64,000 bases of DNA from contig JBCDEP010000007.1 in the NCBI GenBank assembly GCA_039179675.1, positions 1,979 to 65,978 of the forward strand, given 5' to 3'. Shown one piece after another: positions 1-9,316 of this stretch. Made by a program: the position numbers and the translations under genes. Position 1 is the first letter of the stretch. Each line of letters starts with the position of its first letter. A model generated the notes under the pieces. That model made no database searches. It worked only from the letters and a program-made list of their open reading frames with translations, and had not been told where the DNA came from. Source of the DNA: Cyanobacteria bacterium P01_G01_bin.67. Lineage in GTDB: Bacteria > Cyanobacteriota > Cyanobacteriia > Cyanobacteriales > Xenococcaceae.

Positions 1-258
1 AAGACTAATTAGAACATCATATTCGCGATCGCGTACCGTCCCCAGAAGGTTGAGATAGTCAGCAAAGCTGTTGCGGTCTTGGAAATCAAACACTAAAACA
101 TCATCGACATTCTTGCAGACTCGATAAGCCTTTTTTGAGCGGGGTTCAACTAAGACATCTATTGCAGCTTGGGGATACTGCTGTTTGATGGTTTCCAGTG
201 TAGGAAAAAAGAGGAGTTGATTACCAATTTCGCCAGGAACAAGGGCTAGTACACGCAT
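1..258 (-). CDS. glycosyltransferase family 9 (heptosyltransferase-like), N-terminal part; gene runs off the left edge
   Basis: Reverse translation from the ATG at comp(256..258) reads MRVLALVPGEIGNQLLFFPTLETIKQQYPQAAIDVLVEPRSKKAYRVCKNVDDVLVFDF..., which matches my recollection of cyanobacterial GT9 N-termini. It is absent from the ORF track because the window edge truncates it. Confidence 0.7.
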   Translation of the reverse strand, partial: MRVLALVPGEIGNQLLFFPTLETIKQQYPQAAIDVLVEPRSKKAYRVCKNVDDVLVFDFQDRNSFADYLNLLGTVRDREYDVLISL

Positions 259-351
259 TCTATGAAGAAGATCTAATCCGTAATTTCATCTGAGGTCAAT
301 TTTAGTAGATGATAGAGCTAAAGCGGATTATTTTTAGGAAAACATCATTAA

Positions 352-1062
352 ATGCACTTACTAATTCCAGCAGCAGGAATGGGTCGTCGCATGGGTAGCG
401 AATTCGCTACGCGAGGGCTACGCCAACGCAATAAGCTGTTATTAAAATTGCTCGAAAAACCACTTCTAGCCTGGAGTTTATTGGCGGCAGAACACTCTCG
501 AACTATAGAATGGATTGGGATCATGGGGCAATCTTCCGACTTTCCAGATTTTCAAAATATTTTAGAGCAATTAAATTTATCTAAACCGGTAAAGTTAATT
601 GTGGGCGGTGATACTCGTCAGGAATCTGTGTATAACGGTTTACAATCTCTTCCTGAAAATGCTCCTCAAGTTTTAATTCACGATGGCGCAAGGTGTTTAG
701 CAACTCCTGAGTTATTTGATCGTTGTAGTGAATCATTAAAGACTTGTAAAGGGTTAATTTCGGCAATTCCAGTTAAGGACACAATTAAAGTCGTTAACGA
801 AGCAGGAATAATTACTGACACTCCTGACCGCAGTAACCTTTGGGCAGCACAAACTCCACAAGGATTTGACGTGGAATTATTAAAACATTGTCATGCTCAA
901 GGAAAAGCATTAGGTTGGCAAGTAACAGATGACGCCGCTTTGTTTGAAAAGTGCGAACTCCCCGTCAAAATTGTTCAGGGAGAGGAAACCAACTTAAAAG
1001 TTACTACTCCGGTAGATCTGGCGATCGCTGAATTTATTCTTCGTCAACGATTAACAACTTAA
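352..1062 (+). CDS. ispD: 2-C-methyl-D-erythritol 4-phosphate cytidylyltransferase
   Basis: 236 aa. It has the N-terminal IPAAGMGRRMG...RNKLLL nucleotide-binding motif plus DGARC, AAQTPQGF and VTDDA motifs typical of IspD. It carries an unusual in-frame insert (see findings). Confidence 0.9.
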   Translation: MHLLIPAAGMGRRMGSEFATRGLRQRNKLLLKLLEKPLLAWSLLAAEHSRTIEWIGIMGQSSDFPDFQNILEQLNLSKPVKLIVGGDTRQESVYNGLQSLPENAPQVLIHDGARCLATPELFDRCSESLKTCKGLISAIPVKDTIKVVNEAGIITDTPDRSNLWAAQTPQGFDVELLKHCHAQGKALGWQVTDDAALFEKCELPVKIVQGEETNLKVTTPVDLAIAEFILRQRLTT

Positions 1063-1323
1063 TAATTTAAATGACCCAAGAGATAACAGACAATCCACAA
1101 ATTTTAAGCCAAAGTAATTTAACTGAGATTTATCTTTTTTTTACCTAAAAATCAGTGTCATTACCAATTTACGTAGCTTCAACTTCTTAACTATATTGGG
1201 ACAGTAATAGTATAAATGGCGACAACTGTAGGCAATATTATTTCAGCTTGTTTTGCCTAAGATTGTTTGTCTAAATACTGAAAAAAATATTTTTGATTTT
1301 TATACCCAAAAATTGTCCCTAAT

Positions 1324-2823
1324 ATGAAAAACAAAGAGTTTCAAGAACTTTTAAGAAAAAACAATTCTAATTCAGGTTTTACTCTGATGGAATTACTTAT
1401 CGGTTTGTTTATGAGTATTTTTGTAGTTGGTGCATTAGGTTTTGGTTTGATGCAAGTATTACGAACTACCCAGAGTGAAACTTCAAAAGTAGCAGCGAGA
1501 AATGAAACTTCTCGCGCTTTGGATTTTATTTCTGATGAAGTTAAACGAGCTAGCACTATTGAAAATGATTCAACCAATGCTACTGGGTTTAGTTTAACTG
1601 CTGCTAAAACAGTGGTTCTAGCTTTGAATATACCCGAAGTTAATACTAGTGCAACTCTTGGTTCGGATGGAGATGCAACTACCGAAGAAAGAATCGTATA
1701 TTTTTTACGGAGTGCTACTGGCACTAACTGGCAGGGACCATTGGTACTTTACCGCTATGGACCTCCACTTGATGCTAACGGGAATTATACAAATGCTGCT
1801 TGGCAAGAAGAAGCTTTGATTGATGGTATTGATGATACACATATCACCAATGATCCTTGTACTGCTGCTGGAGATGTTCTTAGCCCACCACTATTAACAG
1901 GCACAGCACCGACATTAACGCCACCAGCAATATCAAGCTCTGCTAGCGGTTTCCATGCTTGTATCAACGGAGGAAATACAGCACAGTTATACCTTACAGG
2001 AGGGACGGATACTGCCACGGGAGGAAATGACACTTATACTTCGGATACTAGAGTAGTCGCCAGAGCAAGAACTGCACCTACAGATCGCGTCGATTCTTTT
2101 GTTTCCTACACAATGAGCTTTAGAACATTGGGGGCAACCTACAATTGTATTCCAACTGGCACTCCCCCGCCAAGGTGGAAGATGAGAACAGATTTTGGAA
2201 ACAACCCCAGTAATCCTAATGATACTACCTCGTGGATTCACCAGGATAATAGGCAGCCTCAACCAATACAGATTGATACATCAAACGATTTAACTATTAC
2301 ATCTGTTCCTGTTGATCCTGCGGCTACTGACTGCCTCAGTAAGGGGGACGAAAATGCAACGGGAGATGCTCAGACAGAACCACTAAGCGCTTATACTGAT
2401 GGAACATTTCCCGATGGTCATACCGTTCCCTACACAATGAGATTTGTTGTTGAGGGAGATAGTACTACTGATAACAATTGGCATAGTTTCAACGGTGATA
2501 ATGTAGCTGGAACCTATGATCAACCAGATGTGAACGGGGATGGAACTATTTTAGTGCTTAAAAATGGTTCAACTATCTCAGCGACGATGATTGGTTACGA
2601 TTACAATCAGGATGATGTTGGGGATGAAGATTCTTTAGGGGCATTTTTAGAATCAAAAGGCTATGCTCAAAGAAGTGGTGATACTTATACTATAGAAAAT
2701 CTTAGAAATGATGAGCGGATTATGGCAGTTGAAGTAGGGCAAACAGATTCTACTCATCCTGGGTTTGATGCTCAGGATAGTGTTTTTATTCTTGCTAGTG
2801 ATGTATTTGCGCAAGAATATTAG
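1324..2823 (+). CDS. large prepilin-type protein (PilW-like N-terminus, Thr/Asp/Gly/Asn-rich C-terminal domain)
   Basis: 499 aa. It has the class III signal motif NSG|FTLMELLIGLFMSIFVVGALGF with Glu at +5. The C-terminal region contains the acidic DVNGDGT and NQDDVGDED motifs. Confidence 0.7.
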   Translation: MKNKEFQELLRKNNSNSGFTLMELLIGLFMSIFVVGALGFGLMQVLRTTQSETSKVAARNETSRALDFISDEVKRASTIENDSTNATGFSLTAAKTVVLALNIPEVNTSATLGSDGDATTEERIVYFLRSATGTNWQGPLVLYRYGPPLDANGNYTNAAWQEEALIDGIDDTHITNDPCTAAGDVLSPPLLTGTAPTLTPPAISSSASGFHACINGGNTAQLYLTGGTDTATGGNDTYTSDTRVVARARTAPTDRVDSFVSYTMSFRTLGATYNCIPTGTPPPRWKMRTDFGNNPSNPNDTTSWIHQDNRQPQPIQIDTSNDLTITSVPVDPAATDCLSKGDENATGDAQTEPLSAYTDGTFPDGHTVPYTMRFVVEGDSTTDNNWHSFNGDNVAGTYDQPDVNGDGTILVLKNGSTISATMIGYDYNQDDVGDEDSLGAFLESKGYAQRSGDTYTIENLRNDERIMAVEVGQTDSTHPGFDAQDSVFILASDVFAQEY

Positions 2824-2838
2824 TCTCTAGAACAAAAT

Positions 2839-3348
2839 CTAATCAGGCTGACAGAAGGTAGCAGATACTGAACCAGTATTGCTACCTGTATAAGTTCCAA
2901 TCCTGGTAATTCCCGTTCCTAAGGCAATTACAAAGCATTTTTGTAAATTTGTATTTTCATTAGAAACAACTATTGTCCCCATTTTGGTAGTGCTACCTTT
3001 GTGAGAAAAAGAAATATTTGGTGTAGCGCCAGGAATATTAGTTCTAATGATTACACTATCTATTATATTACGATTACTCAATAAGCAACTACTAGGATTA
3101 CCTACAAGGATATTTGTATTTGTATCAATATCAATCCTACATAATTGACTATTTAACATTGCTTGTCTTTGAGTTTCTTTAATCGCTCCGACAAGAGTAT
3201 ATAAAGCTTCGTTAACTCGGTTGCGATTTAATAATCCAATGAAATTGGGTGCAGCGATCGCAGCAATGACACCAATGATAATTAAAACGACCATAAGTTC
3301 TATTAAGGTAAAACCCTGGTCGTTTTTATGGCTATTGTCAATAAACAT
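2839..3348 (-). CDS. GspH/FimT-type pseudopilin
   Basis: 169 aa with the N-terminus DQG|FTLIELMVVLIIIGVIAAIAAPNFIGLLNRNR. It is a tandem paralogue of 3387..3842. Confidence 0.75.
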   Translation of the reverse strand: MFIDNSHKNDQGFTLIELMVVLIIIGVIAAIAAPNFIGLLNRNRVNEALYTLVGAIKETQRQAMLNSQLCRIDIDTNTNILVGNPSSCLLSNRNIIDSVIIRTNIPGATPNISFSHKGSTTKMGTIVVSNENTNLQKCFVIALGTGITRIGTYTGSNTGSVSATFCQPD

Positions 3349-3386
3349 TGATTATCTTGAGATAATACTGTAACGAAATTGATGAC

Positions 3387-3842
3387 TTAGTTACAATTAG
3401 TACCATCAAAATCTCCTTTCCTGATAAGACCTAAACCGCTACTCACTACAATGCATTTTTGTACGGTATTATTATTAGTTGACACTACAATTGTTGCATT
3501 ATTAGCAGTATTCCCTTTTCCTGAGAAGGTAATAGATTGATCTGAATTAATAGTTACATTATTATCAAGAACTCGATTGCTTAATAGACACCCGCCAGAA
3601 ACAGTGCGTGTTGCGCTAGTAATGTTTACGGTACAACTGTTGCTATCTTTTATAGCTTGTCTTTGAGCTTCTCGAATTGCTCCTTCTATTTGAGCAATAC
3701 CAGAATTGGCTCTGTTTCGATTGAGTAATCCTAGAAAATTAGGAGCTGCGATCGCTGCAATAACACCTATTATGATTACTGTAATAATCATTTCTATGAG
3801 TGTAAAACCTTGATTGTTTTTAGGGGCATTGTAAAGCAACAT
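3387..3842 (-). CDS. GspH/FimT-type pseudopilin
   Basis: 151 aa with the N-terminus NQG|FTLIEMIITVIIIGVIAAIAAPNFLGLLNRNR. Its start overlaps the end of the upstream gene by 23 nt. Confidence 0.75.
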   Translation of the reverse strand: MLLYNAPKNNQGFTLIEMIITVIIIGVIAAIAAPNFLGLLNRNRANSGIAQIEGAIREAQRQAIKDSNSCTVNITSATRTVSGGCLLSNRVLDNNVTINSDQSITFSGKGNTANNATIVVSTNNNTVQKCIVVSSGLGLIRKGDFDGTNCN

Positions 3843-4389
3843 CAGGTATTATCTCCACATAAGTTTCTGCAATAGGTTGATCACCAGCGGCTAAAGCTGT
3901 TCCATTGCTATTAACATAAGCACCACCAACCCAATCCCATACTTGATATCCAACTTTTAAAGTTCTGTGGGGAAAAGTGCTGTTATTAGCTGTACTACTG
4001 ACGTGAAAACGCCTTAAAGCTAATTGTTTTCCTCCTGTACCAACAGAACCATCTGATTCGATTTTTTCGATGATATTTTTTGTTTGAACTCCTACTGGCA
4101 AAGTTGCCCATAAGGCTTGTGCATATCCGTTAACATAGGCATTCGCATTACAAGTTGCCACCAAACCAGTATTACTTCCTAATTGATTGATTCTTTCAAT
4201 ATCTTCTTGAATCAGCTGATTTGCTCTTTGTTTTTCTTGCGCTTGAACCTTCATTGCCATAGCAAATACCAAGCTTTGCATTGATACAGCAACAAAGGCT
4301 AAAGCTATGAGAATTGAAATAATAACTTCAAAAGTAATAAAACCTGATTCTTGGTTTTTTTTCCTAAATTTAGTAAGTATTGTCTTCAC
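3820..4389 (-). CDS. prepilin-type minor pilin (PilV-like)
   Basis: 189 aa with ESG|FITFEVIISILIALAFVAV (Glu at +5). It is packed between two other pseudopilin genes. Confidence 0.65.
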   Translation of the reverse strand: MKTILTKFRKKNQESGFITFEVIISILIALAFVAVSMQSLVFAMAMKVQAQEKQRANQLIQEDIERINQLGSNTGLVATCNANAYVNGYAQALWATLPVGVQTKNIIEKIESDGSVGTGGKQLALRRFHVSSTANNSTFPHRTLKVGYQVWDWVGGAYVNSNGTALAAGDQPIAETYVEIIPDVALQCP

Positions 4390-4395
4390 GAGAAT

Positions 4396-5817
4396 CTAGA
4401 TTGCCTCCTCTGTTTTCCAATTTGTGGGGCTGCCAGTTATCGGCTTTGCAGTTCTATTAGTAGTAGTTGTATAAAATTCATAAGCTCTATCTGAAACTGT
4501 AGAACTTATATCACTTCGGTCAGGAGAAATAGTCACGTTAGCATTTGGACTATTAACAAAATCATTGACCCAAACAGAACCGTTTATCACAACAGTTCCA
4601 CTGCCGGTGATTTCCAAAGTGCTATTCGGAGCATGAATAAAACCATCAATGGTTACAGTATTACCTGTCCCAGTATCTATAATAATATCATTACCATTAT
4701 CAATATAAATTTCAAAATAATTGGAAGCAACTCCGCTACCAATATCTATGTTTCCGCCGGTGGCATCAATGGTTAATGTACTGTCAATATATATAGTTAC
4801 TCTAGCAATTCCGTCGGTTGCAATATTATTGGTGAAATTCTGAGCAGTAGTTAATTTGTAATAATAGCGACAGTCTCTAATATTGGCGCAATGGACAGTT
4901 TCGTCAAAAGTCTCTCCAGTGGGAGGCTCTACGTATGCATCTTCAGCAACTGTACCAACAACAGCATTGACTACGTTATTAGTTTGATCTCCAATGACAG
5001 CTTCAGCGGCAGCAATAGTATTGATGATTGGTTGTATTGATGGAATGTCACGAGAATCACTAATAATCGTTATGCCACCTGTGGCAGCAGATAAAGTAGA
5101 GAAATTTCCGCATCCATCTGCTACAGTTCCAGTAGTTACCGCACGATCTTGGATTACAACATTTCCGTTGCCGATGGTTAAATTACCTAAATCCGCAGCA
5201 GAAACTGTATCGTCGCCAATCCACAAAGCAGGAGCGAGATTATTCATATCATTTGCATTGATCAGAATAGGTATCTCAACTTCTATTTGTGCCTCATTAC
5301 CATCTGGAGTAATTCCTCTAACTGTTAGAGTGCCTCTAGCATTGGTATTAGCAGCATCATCAGTCAAGTTGAAGGTGCCATTCGCATTACTATAGTCATA
5401 AGAAACCAAATAGTATGATCCAGGAGCAAAAGTATCAGTTGAATCTCCATCATTATTCAATTCCATACCATCTTCTGCCAAAGCAATATTGTTAGTATTT
5501 GCAGAACCTGGAAGAAAATTAGTAATGTCTCCATCGCAAATTTCTGTTTGACTAGTCCATTGATCTGAATCATATAGTGCTAGAATCCGATTGCGGTCTA
5601 ATAATTCTCTATACCGAGTAATACCTATTTCTGCGATCGCTAAAGCATCGGAGCGAGAATTTTGAGTTATGGCATTTAAATTCTCTTCATTGGCACTAGT
5701 AATATTGACCGCGCCCAAAAGAATCATTACTAAGCCAAGAGCAATGACCATCGGCAATGTAAAACCTTCATCTCTGGCACGACGTTGTAATAAAGTTTTT
5801 AATAATAAAAGTTTCAT
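4396..5817 (-). CDS. large pseudopilin-like protein (PilX/GspK-type N-terminus, beta-helix-like C-terminal repeats); possibly HpsA-like
   Basis: 473 aa with DEG|FTLPMVIALGLVMILLGAV, which has no Glu at +5. Repetitive T/I/D/G-rich segments follow (IYIDSTLTIDATGGNIDIGSG...TVTIDGFIHAPNSTLEITGSGTVVINGSVWV). It is the first gene of the minus-strand pseudopilin operon. Confidence 0.6.
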   Translation of the reverse strand: MKLLLLKTLLQRRARDEGFTLPMVIALGLVMILLGAVNITSANEENLNAITQNSRSDALAIAEIGITRYRELLDRNRILALYDSDQWTSQTEICDGDITNFLPGSANTNNIALAEDGMELNNDGDSTDTFAPGSYYLVSYDYSNANGTFNLTDDAANTNARGTLTVRGITPDGNEAQIEVEIPILINANDMNNLAPALWIGDDTVSAADLGNLTIGNGNVVIQDRAVTTGTVADGCGNFSTLSAATGGITIISDSRDIPSIQPIINTIAAAEAVIGDQTNNVVNAVVGTVAEDAYVEPPTGETFDETVHCANIRDCRYYYKLTTAQNFTNNIATDGIARVTIYIDSTLTIDATGGNIDIGSGVASNYFEIYIDNGNDIIIDTGTGNTVTIDGFIHAPNSTLEITGSGTVVINGSVWVNDFVNSPNANVTISPDRSDISSTVSDRAYEFYTTTTNRTAKPITGSPTNWKTEEAI

Positions 5818-6066
5818 GTAAAGCTAAAGCACATTAGGATAGATCAACCAGGCACAGATTACCTCTAGACAAGTATTACTTAGAGTACCCAAAACAAGTG
5901 TGATCGCGATCAGTGACAAAGATAAAAATTGCTTTAGAGGCTGCACATTATAATTTGGCTTCAGGATACTTATTTGCGATCACCAAAATACGATCAAGAT
6001 CAGACTTTTAAGATCTCTCGCTTGATCAACACAGGTTAAATTAATCCCTTAATAGTTAATCTATTC

Positions 6067-7629
6067 CTAATCAATTAAATAAGTTTCTAAACCTAAATTC
6101 ACTAGAGTTCTTTCTGCTCTTTTAGCTTTGTCCCAATTGCTAAATGCCCCTATTTGTAACCAGGGTTCTCCCTGAAAAACGGTTTTAAAGGCTTCGGGGT
6201 ATAGCGATCGCACTTCTTTTTCTTCGTCTTGATTTAAAGTTTCCACTAGCACCTTATATTTAACTTGACTGGCACGAGAACTCAAAGCCGTACTTGAGAT
6301 TTCTGGGGGAAAGGGAACTGGCTTAACATCGGGAGAAACTGGGGCTGAAGAAGATGAGGCTCTAAATACTAGTTCTTTTTGACCTGAATTACTGCTTTCT
6401 AAGACTGGTGGCGGGGCAGGCAGGTTAGATACCGTCTCTGTTGGCGTAGTTGGTGCAGGTACATTTAGTTTAGGGAGTGGACGGCGAGATATGTTACGGC
6501 GACTTGGTAGGGGAGGCAAATCCCTAAAAGTATTGTCTTCTGTTGTGTTGGCGACAAATGTCCCTCGTTCAAAGTTAATCTCACCGACAGTTTTTCCTTG
6601 TACTTGAGTTTTGACAGCAGGGATCTGATTACTAGTTGCGTTGTGGATATCTAGTTTTCTATTACTCCGAAAGATATTGTTTCCTGGTTCGTTATCTGTG
6701 CCCAGGTCAACTCGCGATTTTGCGATCGCCATTAAGCCAACTTCTCGGGAATTAATAATTTCATTATCGCGTAAAACAGCTTGAGAGTTTCCTTCTAAGA
6801 TAATTCCGATCCGATTGCTATGAAAGCTATTATTGTTCAGGCTGGCAGAAGCTTGTTGCAATAGGCTAACCCCAAATCCAGTCTGTTCAAAGGTATTATC
6901 TACTACTTCAGGTTTAGAAGTACCATCGACCAATAAGCCGTTGCCAGAGTTATTGTAAAAGTAATTATCTTCAATTTTAGGGGCACTTTTGCCGCTAACC
7001 GAAACTCCTGTGTTGCCATTGCGAGTAAAAGTATTACTAATGATTTGGGGAGAAGCAGATTCAATCCATAAACCATATCCCCGTGAGTAGTCGTTAGTAA
7101 TCGTAATGCCTGTCACACTGCTGGCATTTTTGGTAGCAGCGATCGTCACGTGTTGCCCCGCAGCGGTAGGACTAATAAAATAACCACTGCCTTTAATAAC
7201 GGTAGTGTATCCCTGATTACGAGGATTTCCTTGGAGAGAAACCCGATTGCTGAGCAGCAAAGGAAATTTTTCTCCTGTTTCTTCGCTGTAAGTTCCAGAA
7301 GCTAACTGAATAGTACTACCTGCTAGAGCTATTTTCAAAGCATGAGTAATAGTTTTGAGGGGAGATAATTTCTTGCCAACCTGGGAATCATCTCCGCTTT
7401 GAGGGTTGACGTAAATAATATTTTTAGTTTTGTTGAGAGAGGGAGACTGGGCGATCGCATTTTGCGCTAAAGCGGTTTGGGTTTGAAATGCAACACTGCA
7501 AGGCAAGAGAATAGTTTGGATCACCAATACTAAGGTTAAGTTATAAAATAGTAGGTTATGACCTTTGTTTCTAGTCAGTTTGTGTATCCAGCTATGTGAA
7601 TAACTTCTGGCATAATCTTGGCTTTTCAT
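6067..7629 (-). CDS. secreted/anchored right-handed beta-helix (DUF1565/PbH1-like) protein with Pro-rich linker and SPOR-like C-terminus
   Basis: 520 aa with an N-terminal hydrophobic segment. It has repeated NN(S/T)xxGNGxxV beta-helix repeats and a P/S-rich linker. The C-terminal end reads WLQIGAFSNWDKAKRAERTLVNLGLETYLI. Confidence 0.55.
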   Translation of the reverse strand: MKSQDYARSYSHSWIHKLTRNKGHNLLFYNLTLVLVIQTILLPCSVAFQTQTALAQNAIAQSPSLNKTKNIIYVNPQSGDDSQVGKKLSPLKTITHALKIALAGSTIQLASGTYSEETGEKFPLLLSNRVSLQGNPRNQGYTTVIKGSGYFISPTAAGQHVTIAATKNASSVTGITITNDYSRGYGLWIESASPQIISNTFTRNGNTGVSVSGKSAPKIEDNYFYNNSGNGLLVDGTSKPEVVDNTFEQTGFGVSLLQQASASLNNNSFHSNRIGIILEGNSQAVLRDNEIINSREVGLMAIAKSRVDLGTDNEPGNNIFRSNRKLDIHNATSNQIPAVKTQVQGKTVGEINFERGTFVANTTEDNTFRDLPPLPSRRNISRRPLPKLNVPAPTTPTETVSNLPAPPPVLESSNSGQKELVFRASSSSAPVSPDVKPVPFPPEISSTALSSRASQVKYKVLVETLNQDEEKEVRSLYPEAFKTVFQGEPWLQIGAFSNWDKAKRAERTLVNLGLETYLID

Positions 7630-7906
7630 AATCTAGCTCCTAAGAGAAAAAATATTATTCGTAGATCAATCTGAAATATTGAGTATTTTGCTCTTGATGT
7701 TTTGCCTAATTGATTAGTAACCAAATACTATACACAACAGATAATAAATTTAAGGAAGATAAATTAACGTATAATTGCGTAAGTTTTGATTTATTGACCA
7801 TTGTTCACAGCATAAAAGCTTGCGCTTTATCTGTTCGTCGTCTGTGGATGAAACCTTGAGATGACCCAATAACCTGTAACTGTACATAATAACTAGTTGT
7901 ACTAGC

Positions 7907-8641
7907 GTGAAATTATTCGTTTACCATACCCCTGAAAGTACTCCCACTGATCAACTACCTGATTGTGCGGTAGTGATTGATGTTTTGCGAGCAACCACAA
8001 CGATCGCCACTGCTCTTGATGCAGGAGCAGAAGCTGTCCAAGCATTTAGTAACATAGAAGATCTGATGCGTCAATCAGAATCATGGGCAGCAGACAAGCG
8101 TCTACGAGCAGGAGAACGTGGTGGAGTGACGGTTGAAGGCTTTGATCTCGGGAATTCTCCACTTGCTTGTACTCCCAAAGTTGTCAAAGATAAGCGATTA
8201 TTTTTGACCACAACTAATGGCACTCGTGCCTTACAAAGAGTTGCTAAATCTCCTCAAGTGATTACTGCTGCCCAAGTAAATCGTTTAGCTGCGGTCAACT
8301 ATATTTTGGAAGCTCAGCCTAAAACTGTGTGGATGGTGGGTTCAGGTTGGCAAGGAGACTACTCGGTTGAAGATACTGCTTGTGCAGGAGCGATCGCTCA
8401 GTCAATTTTGCAACAGAGTGAAATTCCTTTAATCGATTTGTTTGGTAATGATGAAGTAATTGGCGCGATCGCTCTTTATGAAAGGTGGAAAGACAATCTT
8501 TTAAATGTATTTCGTCAATGTAGCCACGGACAGCGCCTCTTAAGATTGGATGGAGACGACGATCTTAAATACTGCTCTCAAACAGATACTTTAGATATTC
8601 TGCCAATTCAGAAAGAACCAGGTGTTTTGGTTAAGTATTGA
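7907..8641 (+). CDS. comB: 2-phosphosulfolactate phosphatase family protein
   Basis: 244 aa with a GTG start. The motifs [16 protein letters not shown] and [10 protein letters not shown] are as I recall for the ComB family. Confidence 0.75.
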   Translation: MKLFVYHTPESTPTDQLPDCAVVIDVLRATTTIATALDAGAEAVQAFSNIEDLMRQSESWAADKRLRAGERGGVTVEGFDLGNSPLACTPKVVKDKRLFLTTTNGTRALQRVAKSPQVITAAQVNRLAAVNYILEAQPKTVWMVGSGWQGDYSVEDTACAGAIAQSILQQSEIPLIDLFGNDEVIGAIALYERWKDNLLNVFRQCSHGQRLLRLDGDDDLKYCSQTDTLDILPIQKEPGVLVKY

Positions 8642-8872
8642 GACGGTGTACTCTATGTTATTGACCAAACTTTTTGGAACTTAATCGTCGCTATAGGCAC
8701 CTCAAACTCTTCGATCTTCTACATACCGTTCTTTGATACTTATTTCTTCTGTGCATGACGTAGCCAAATTAGTATTTCCTGGTAACTTGTATATCTAATT
8801 GTTAACCACAGCTTTCAATCCTAAACATTTGGGAATTATGGGAATATCGAAGAATAAAAATATAATTTTAGG

Positions 8873-9271
8873 TTGTTGCTTGTGAATAAAGCTTTAGTAG
8901 TAGATGATAGCTTGATGATGCGAGAAGTTTTTGGGGCATACCTCCAGAAAGCAGGTTTTACAGTAGAAAAAGTCTGTAGCGTAGAAGAAGCACAACAAGC
9001 CTTAGTAAACTCCCAACCCGATTTAATCATCTTAGATGTGGTAATGGGTGGCAAAAGTGGTTTTGAGTATTGTCTTCAGTTAAAAAAAAGCAGAGCAACC
9101 TGCTCAATTCCTGTTATTATTTGCTCGACTAAATCAACCCAAGCAGATTTTTTACTAGGGGAACTAATTGGCGCTGATGCTTATTTGTCTAAAACTGTGG
9201 GACAGCAAGAGTTTATAAATAAAGCTCAACAGTTAATTAGACAGCCTTCATACTGTAAATTAGTTTCATAG
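8873..9271 (+). CDS. single-domain response regulator (CheY-like receiver)
   Basis: About 130 aa. It has ALVVDDS, the phospho-acceptor context DLIILDVVMGG, and ICSTK..ADAYLSK. The exact start is ambiguous (TTG at 8873 or GTG at 8882). Confidence 0.8.
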   Translation: MLLVNKALVVDDSLMMREVFGAYLQKAGFTVEKVCSVEEAQQALVNSQPDLIILDVVMGGKSGFEYCLQLKKSRATCSIPVIICSTKSTQADFLLGELIGADAYLSKTVGQQEFINKAQQLIRQPSYCKLVS

Positions 9272-9316
9272 ATTATCTGAGCTAAATTTTAAAATCTATT
9301 AACAAGAGAATTGCAT

